Part shown: piece after piece, positions 58,175-64,000 of the stretch | Position numbering within the stretch: position 1 is the stretch's first letter | How the letters are laid out: every line of letters begins with the position of its first letter | Source: Promethearchaeia archaeon | Lineage (GTDB): Archaea > Asgardarchaeota > Lokiarchaeia > Sigyniarchaeales > SOKP01 | Length of the DNA stretch: 64,000 bases | Reading direction: 5' to 3' | Assembly (NCBI GenBank): GCA_029856145.1 | Contig: JAHQWK010000019.1 | Location: forward strand, 64,001 to 128,000 | The notes under the pieces: generated by a model | Databases searched by the model: none | What the model was told of the DNA's origin: nothing | The model's input: only the letters and a program-made list of their open reading frames with translations | Made by a program: the position numbers and the translations under genes

Positions 58175-59509
58175 CTCTTTCATTGTTATATCTCGCTCAA
58201 TTTTTACCTTTATATTATGTGGGTCATCGATATGTATTATATTTATTGGAGTCATTTCTCTTTTACCAAGTAAATATGCAGGTTCTTCAGTTAGCTGTTT
58301 TTCTTCTTTAGAAATAATTTTTCTCACAAATACATCTGGAAAAACAGGTGTTGAATAGCAATAATGGCAAAAGGTCCTTTTTTTCGCGAGTTCGAGAATT
58401 TCTATGAGTTCTTCATCTGGAACATTACTCTCAACCTTTAATTCAATTTCGAAATTATCAATCATAGAGACACCATCTTCAATACCAAATCCCGTGGTTA
58501 AATCTATACACATTTTTGAATGAGTTTCTAATTTCTTAAGTTCAATACCGTGTAAACCCGCTAAAGTTGCAAAGTGTGTAGCAAAATCACCACTAAAACC
58601 TGCAATACAGAGCGCTACGGGATGAAAAGATGTTCCACCACCACCTAATATTATGGTTTCATCAGTTTGAACTGTTATTTCTCCTGCTGTTTCTGTGGGT
58701 AACTTAATTTCGAATTGGGGGCCATATTCTACATTTAATCTCCAGCGGCCTTCCGCTTCAATAAATCTTTTACATAACGAGCGATTTTGTTTGAATACCT
58801 CAACAGTATCTTTATATGTTTCTAAATTTATTCTATTGAGTATTTTTTTACCTTTTATATTTGAATTATTATGATAAAGGGATGGTTTTCCATCATTTTT
58901 TAAAATAATTTTAGGGATGGTTGAGGTTGCTATACAATAATAACAAAAACAACGCCTTTTTGTAATATCTGAAATTCTATATAATTCTTCATAACTGGCA
59001 TCACTTTCAATAAATAATTCAATTTGGTAATGATCAACTATGGGTATGTTTTCTTCAATATTTAATACTGAAGAGAAATCTAAATCACCCTTAACTCTTA
59101 TCATTAACTTTTTTAATTCAATCCCTTCCATTGCTGCCCATTTTGCATATGCTGCACAATAACATCCACAAAATCCTGCCATACATAAAGATATTGGATG
59201 GAGTGCTGTACCTCCTCCTCCAAAAAGAGTTAACTCATCCATTTGCACTGTGATTTCTCCTGCTCTTTCAGTTTTTAACCTTGTTTCAAATTGTGGCCCA
59301 TATTCCAAATCTAATCGCCATATGCCTTTTACTTCCAAAGTTTTTTTGCAAAGACTGCGATCTTTCATATATTGATCCACAACCTCTCTAAATCCTTTTA
59401 AATCAATGCGATTTAATAATATATGCTTTGGTACAGCGAGATCATTTACCTTTTCTTCTATTCTATCAGCAAGTTTCTTCAGAACATCTGTAAAATTTCC
59501 AAATCCCAT
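58169..59509 (-). CDS. Tandem double OsmC-like protein
   Basis: Two ~180-aa repeats: LNRI.L, DE...GGGGT..HP, AGF.G(C/D), GIELKKL, KR(C/T)FC.YC. Confidence 0.8.
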   Translation of the reverse strand: MGFGNFTDVLKKLADRIEEKVNDLAVPKHILLNRIDLKGFREVVDQYMKDRSLCKKTLEVKGIWRLDLEYGPQFETRLKTERAGEITVQMDELTLFGGGGTALHPISLCMAGFCGCYCAAYAKWAAMEGIELKKLMIRVKGDLDFSSVLNIEENIPIVDHYQIELFIESDASYEELYRISDITKRRCFCYYCIATSTIPKIILKNDGKPSLYHNNSNIKGKKILNRINLETYKDTVEVFKQNRSLCKRFIEAEGRWRLNVEYGPQFEIKLPTETAGEITVQTDETIILGGGGTSFHPVALCIAGFSGDFATHFATLAGLHGIELKKLETHSKMCIDLTTGFGIEDGVSMIDNFEIELKVESNVPDEELIEILELAKKRTFCHYCYSTPVFPDVFVRKIISKEEKQLTEEPAYLLGKREMTPINIIHIDDPHNIKVKIERDITMKEL

Positions 59510-59677
59510 GATAGCTTTTATGAAATAGTTAAGTTTTTAAAAATATAATAATATAATCTTATTTGATACCTTAAATATGAAAGAACAATTATTTCAATCT
59601 TTTGTATCAAAAATGTAAAGATAAAAAATATCTAAGAATAAATAAAAAAAAATAAATTGAATTTTAATTGAAGGTTT

Positions 59678-60076
59678 TTATATATCGCTCATCCTAAAAT
59701 ATAAATCTATTTTATGCTGGAAATCTTCAAAAAAAGATATATCTCCATTCCACTTTATAATATCTTCAATTGAAAACATTTTTTCAAACATAGTACCAAT
59801 CACCGAGCAAATTTTTTGAATTTTTTTCTTATTCGCATCTAATGGTGATCTACATACTAATACAAGTTGGTTTTCCAGGCAATGAATACAAGAATATTTA
59901 TTGTTACCAATATTGAATCCTTTCAATTCTCTTCCTGAAACTTTTTGACTGAATGTTTTTATCGCAGAAATAAAGAATCCTAAGAAAGTTTTCTCAACAT
60001 TCTTTTCTCTTGAAAAATCAACTATAGGAACACCTGCCTTAGAAAAAACCCAAAGCTCATCAAGTAATGGAGACAT
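59678..60076 (-). CDS. Longin-like domain protein
   Basis: LWVFSKAGVPIV, LG.FISAI.TFSQ...EL..F, F..MF...WNGDISFF..F pattern. Confidence 0.72.
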   Translation of the reverse strand: MSPLLDELWVFSKAGVPIVDFSREKNVEKTFLGFFISAIKTFSQKVSGRELKGFNIGNNKYSCIHCLENQLVLVCRSPLDANKKKIQKICSVIGTMFEKMFSIEDIIKWNGDISFFEDFQHKIDLYFRMSDI

Positions 60077-60107
60077 ATTTTAATTATAATTTTTTTCGAT
60101 TTATATT

Positions 60108-60440
60108 TTATTTTTTAGAACTGGAGCCCATAAGAATTTCTTTATAGGTCTTATAGCTAAGATTAACAATTATTAAAACAAATAATCCGCCGAAGATGTA
60201 AACAATTGCAACCATAATGTTGGTAATTGCCGTCATTTCAAGAGCTAAAAATATGATGTTAAAAATATATCCACCTAAAAACAAAACAATCAATATTTGT
60301 ATCATTACCCATTTTTTAACTAATTTTGTTGCAGGAAATAACTCTTTTATTCTAATGACAATCAGTAGACTAAAAATGAAAAATATTATTCCTCCAATCG
60401 AACAGAACAAACTAAAATAGAAATTCAAATCTAAAACCAT
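60108..60440 (-). CDS. Small 3-TM membrane protein
   Basis: Three hydrophobic helices; lies between two longin-like genes. Confidence 0.72.
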   Translation of the reverse strand: MVLDLNFYFSLFCSIGGIIFFIFSLLIVIRIKELFPATKLVKKWVMIQILIVLFLGGYIFNIIFLALEMTAITNIMVAIVYIFGGLFVLIIVNLSYKTYKEILMGSSSKK

Positions 60441-60568
60441 AATAATACCCTCATTTGTATAATTATTTATTTATTAATTTTGAATATTTTCTAATTGTTT
60501 TTATCTGTATATAACTTTTTTCTTATAGTAATCTTCAAAATGGTAAGTATATTTTTAATATTAATGAT

Positions 60569-60961
60569 TTAATCAATTAAATACTTAATTTCTGAAAGGA
60601 ATCTCTGTTCACTATTTGAAAACACGCTTCTATTTCCCTCAAAATCTTCTATCAGGATTTTAGGATAAATCTCAAAAAATCTCTTAGATACAATATCTAA
60701 TTCTTCATTTACTTTATCCTCTTTAACATTACTATCACAACATGCTAAAAATATAATTTCTTCTTTTTTCTTTATTGTTATTAATTTGTCCCCCCATTCT
60801 ATATTTGATAATTCTCCATCTGCTATGTGTTTAGTTAGCGCATTAAAAGCAACTAAAACTTGTCCAAAGAATTCAGAACAAAACTCTTGATCATTTATAC
60901 GGTCAAACAAAATATTGTTCTTTTTATCTAAAATAGCAAAATTTTCAAATAATTTTCCCAG
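60569..60961 (-). CDS. Longin-like domain protein; probable CTG (60961) or ATT (60967) start
   Basis: Upstream extension adds (M)GKLFENFAILDKKNNIL, the first longin strands. LVAFNAL...ELSNIEW, RFFEIYP...FEGNRSVF. Confidence 0.68.
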   Translation of the reverse strand: MGKLFENFAILDKKNNILFDRINDQEFCSEFFGQVLVAFNALTKHIADGELSNIEWGDKLITIKKKEEIIFLACCDSNVKEDKVNEELDIVSKRFFEIYPKILIEDFEGNRSVFSNSEQRFLSEIKYLID

Positions 60962-61389
60962 TGAAATCGCCTACTAAATATTTTCTTTAAAATGCAATTT
61001 TTGTTAAATAAATATTGATAATTCTTATTAAAATACTTATTAAAATCGTATTAATGAAATTATTTATTTGTATGTTCTCTCTAATCAATAATCATAAATT
61101 TAGATTATTTTTAATTTCCAGTCAAAATTGTCAATTTATTGAAAGACAAATAATTTGATATTTATTCTTTTATTTTTTATTATATTTTCCATTGAAAGAA
61201 GGTAAATTAATAAATACTAATTAAATTTATTTATTCAAATATAAATTGATTAAAATTGAATAAAATTAACTAAAATAAAAAATAATAGTTAAATCTTAAG
61301 AATATTTTTATAATAAAACTCAAAAAGCTTTATCAATTTTTAAAATTCTAAAACTCACGGATAATTAAATAATTTTGAGGTGAAATTCT

Positions 61390-62082
61390 ATTAGTATTGA
61401 TTGGCTTAAAGTAGAAGAAGAACCAGAAAGAACTTTTAAAGTAGAAGGTAGGTTTCTCTTAGATCTCTATGCAAAGACTAATGATTTAGAAAAAAGTATA
61501 ATGAATTATAGGGAAACAGCGAGAAAAGCCATTGAAGATTTTGAAGAAGCCAAAACAGAATTAACAGAATTAGATAAATTAAAAGAGGAATTACCCGTTG
61601 TTAACAAGAATCTTGATGAATTAAAGGGAAAAAATAGAAAATTAGAAGATGATTTAAATAATAATCAGCAAATTATCAATGAATTAGAAGCAAAGTTGAA
61701 AGAATCAGAAACTAAAATAAAAAGTTTAGAAATTGAATTTAAAAATCAAAAAAACCATAGTGTTAATAAGGAAAAGGAGTTAGAATCATTGAAAAATGAT
61801 TTAGAAGCTAAAATTGCGAAAAATCAAGAAAAACTTGATTTAGCTGAAAACAATTTAGCTAAGAAGGCTAAGGAAAATGAAAGTATTAAGGCGGAATATG
61901 AGGAAAAAATTGAAGATACTAAAAAAAAACTTGTAGATTTAGAATCCAGAAATCGAACATTGGAAGCTCAGATTTTAGATGCTGTTAGATTACCTAAAAT
62001 ATTAAAAGATATTAGAAATATATTGGTACATAAAGGTTTTATCTCAGAAAAAGAATTTGAAGATATTATGAAACAAAAATAA
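61390..62082 (+). CDS. Coiled-coil protein; probable ATT start
   Basis: GAGGTGA + 6 nt + ATT gives (M)SIDWLKVEEEPERTFKVEGRFLLDL, in frame with the ORF-track start 61501. Long heptad region ends in KGFISEKEF. Confidence 0.78.
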   Translation: MSIDWLKVEEEPERTFKVEGRFLLDLYAKTNDLEKSIMNYRETARKAIEDFEEAKTELTELDKLKEELPVVNKNLDELKGKNRKLEDDLNNNQQIINELEAKLKESETKIKSLEIEFKNQKNHSVNKEKELESLKNDLEAKIAKNQEKLDLAENNLAKKAKENESIKAEYEEKIEDTKKKLVDLESRNRTLEAQILDAVRLPKILKDIRNILVHKGFISEKEFEDIMKQK

Positions 62083-62373
62083 TAAAATTAAAGAAAAAAA
62101 TTATTGGTATTTCAATACGATTTAATAATTTTTCTGATAGGCTTATAAAATCCTATTTTTCTAGTTTTTTTAAAAAAGATATGATTAGGTATTTTGAAAT
62201 ATTGATTTTATCTCTATTAATCCCCTCAACCTATTATTCATTTTGGTATTTAAAAAGATATATATAAAACTTCTAATACTACTGATTTAAGAGAGATAAA
62301 AAAGTATTTTAGCCCTCGAAAGAGGTTTAATTTTTATTTAGATTTTTTTCAGATCTTTAAATTTGAAGAAGGG

Positions 62374-63813
62374 ATGGGTATTAAAATAAATAACTCTAAG
62401 AATATTAAAGAAGATGATGATAACGACATCGTAAATTTAAAGGAAGAAACCAAGTTCCTGTTAAAAAAATTAAAGTTAGCATTATTTCTTTCAATTATAA
62501 TAATTCTAATGATCTATACTTTAATTGATGTTTATGTTCATCATGGGGGGGATTTACAGAAAACAATTTTTACATTAAATTTTCACGAATTTTGGACATA
62601 TCTAATTATATTGACTTTCTTGGTCTTTATTTACATTTTTGGTTATTTTATTATTAAGAAACTAGTTTCTCTTGATCATATAATTAAAGAATCCGAAGAA
62701 CGATATTTAAGGTTAATAACTGGAGCATACGATTTATTTACAAGTATTCAAGATGGAATTGTCGTACTTGATAAGCATTTCAATATTATTCACGTGAATC
62801 CTACTATTGAAAAATGGTATTCTCATAAAAATCAAATTATTGGGAAAAAATGTTATGAAATCTATGAAAATCGATGTGAAATATGTGAAGACTGTCCAAA
62901 TTTAAGCTTAATCGAAGATAATATCATTAAGAGTAAAATTCATCTTACTTATGATAAAAATAATAATCAAAATGGTTGGTTAGAAGTATACTCTTTTCCT
63001 CTATTTTATCAGAATACTTCTAAACTGGTTGGATTCATTAATTATTGTAAAGATAAAACTGAATATATTAAAGCACAACAATTGATTATTGAGGAAAATA
63101 AAAAATTATTAGAACTTAATCAATCCAGAAAAAATATGATTACAAGGGTTTCCCATGAATTCAAAACACCATTAAACTCTATTCAAAGTGCAACCCAACA
63201 CATTCTCACTAATTATAGTGATCTAATAGATCCTAAAATCTCTCAATTTTTTGATATAATTCACAAAGGAGGATTAAGACTAACAGCATTAGTTGAAAAT
63301 ATTTTAGATATCTCAATGATAGAATCGGGAAAATTTATATTGAATAAAGAAAAAATAAATATTTGCGAAACTGTTCACAAGTGCATTGATGAGATTATCC
63401 TTTTAGCCATTAAACGTAATTTAACTTTTAAATCAAATTTATCTAATACATTTTTTTTAGAAATTGATCCTATTAGAATAGAACAAGTAATTTTAAACTT
63501 ATTATCAAATGCTATTAAAAATACTCCTCCAGAAGGGGAGATCTACATCAATATTTTTGATAAAAATAATCATGTTGATTTAGAAATTAAAGATACTGGT
63601 ATAGGCCTAAAAAAAGAAGAAATAAATCAATTATTCCTTCCGTTTGGCAAGATTGAACGGTATGGAAAAAATTTAAATGTAGATATTGAAGGCACAGGGA
63701 TTGGACTCTACTTATCGAAAGAAATTGTTGAGTTACATGGTGGAAAGATTTTAGTAGAATCTCAAGGGAGGGATCAAGGCTCCACTTTCACTATAAGACT
63801 TTATAGAAATTGA
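62374..63813 (+). CDS. Membrane PAS-domain sensor histidine kinase
   Basis: Two TMs, PAS with GKKCY...CEDCP, SHEFKTPL, NLLSNAIK, DTGIG, GTGIGL, HGG. Confidence 0.93.
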   Translation: MGIKINNSKNIKEDDDNDIVNLKEETKFLLKKLKLALFLSIIIILMIYTLIDVYVHHGGDLQKTIFTLNFHEFWTYLIILTFLVFIYIFGYFIIKKLVSLDHIIKESEERYLRLITGAYDLFTSIQDGIVVLDKHFNIIHVNPTIEKWYSHKNQIIGKKCYEIYENRCEICEDCPNLSLIEDNIIKSKIHLTYDKNNNQNGWLEVYSFPLFYQNTSKLVGFINYCKDKTEYIKAQQLIIEENKKLLELNQSRKNMITRVSHEFKTPLNSIQSATQHILTNYSDLIDPKISQFFDIIHKGGLRLTALVENILDISMIESGKFILNKEKINICETVHKCIDEIILLAIKRNLTFKSNLSNTFFLEIDPIRIEQVILNLLSNAIKNTPPEGEIYINIFDKNNHVDLEIKDTGIGLKKEEINQLFLPFGKIERYGKNLNVDIEGTGIGLYLSKEIVELHGGKILVESQGRDQGSTFTIRLYRN

Positions 63814-63814
63814 C

Positions 63815-64000
63815 TTATAATAGATTAAACAATTTTTCAAATTCTAAAAAATTAAAAGGTTTTAAAAAATATCCATCTGCCATTGTTTCCTTAATTTTTG
63901 CTCTAACTTCATTTCCAGGAACAGCAGTTATATAAAATACATAAATATCTTTATATCTATCGTCTAACTTTATTTTCCTACAAATCTCATAACCATTAAC
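63815..64000 (-). CDS. Response-regulator receiver domain, C-terminal part (not in ORF track)
   Basis: Translates VNGYEICRKIK...VFYITA...ADGYFLKPF...LL*; runs off the window edge. Confidence 0.88.
   Translation of the reverse strand, partial: VNGYEICRKIKLDDRYKDIYVFYITAVPGNEVRAKIKETMADGYFLKPFNFLEFEKLFNLL

Noticed and set aside
357-59509. Selenocysteine (in-frame TGA) in Cys-rich redox proteins
   Set aside because: CCG, OsmC, YkgJ and DUF3795 genes are complete with Cys codons, and no homologous continuation past a TGA was seen.
141-60420. Many 60-200 aa ORFs antisense or out of frame within genes (e.g. 2643-3038, 9455-9808, 35192-35647, 46308-46898)
   Set aside because: They are shadows of well-supported genes, with no motifs or SD.
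60970-61375. Very AT-rich 400-bp gap as replication origin
   Set aside because: No ORB/G-string repeats and no cdc6; compatible with a divergent promoter region.
1-64000. tRNA, rRNA, transposase or integrase
   Set aside because: No GC-rich structured RNA segments and no DDE or tyrosine-recombinase motifs recognised.

Overview
AT-rich archaeal chromosomal segment, most consistent with Asgard archaea (Lokiarchaeia). Evidence: Alba, a histone, a nurA-herA-mre11-rad50 operon, Sec11-type signal peptidase, GGTGA Shine-Dalgarno motifs, oligo-T terminators, and eukaryote-signature-like proteins (single-domain gelsolin, two longin-like proteins, a cytoplasmic IFT52/GIFT-like protein). About 60 CDS cover anaerobic redox and C1/corrinoid metabolism, acyl-CoA/lipid catabolism, DNA repair, tRNA modification, oxidative stress (catalase plus Fur/PerR with a 7-1-7 box) and two-component signalling. 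I found no rRNA, tRNA, CRISPR array or transposase. Highlights: (1) several genes appear to start at non-canonical ATT/ATA/CTG codons placed 5-7 nt after an SD, including an uncalled gene whose ATT aligns exactly with the ATG of its tandem paralog; (2) a module of LVIVD surface protein, membrane proteins and a membrane-anchored wHTH regulator with a shared 32-bp promoter motif; (3) a stand-alone acetyl-CoA-synthase middle-domain protein plus CooC in a flavin/CCG oxidoreductase operon; (4) a CoA-transferase-fold pair lacking the catalytic Glu; (5) a tandem OsmC with one catalytically dead half, convergent with a SIR2-TPR protein; (6) a longin-membrane-longin cluster; (7) a tandem palindromic operator between an FGGY kinase and a GSA-like aminotransferase. 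All family calls come from motif recognition by eye, not database searches.
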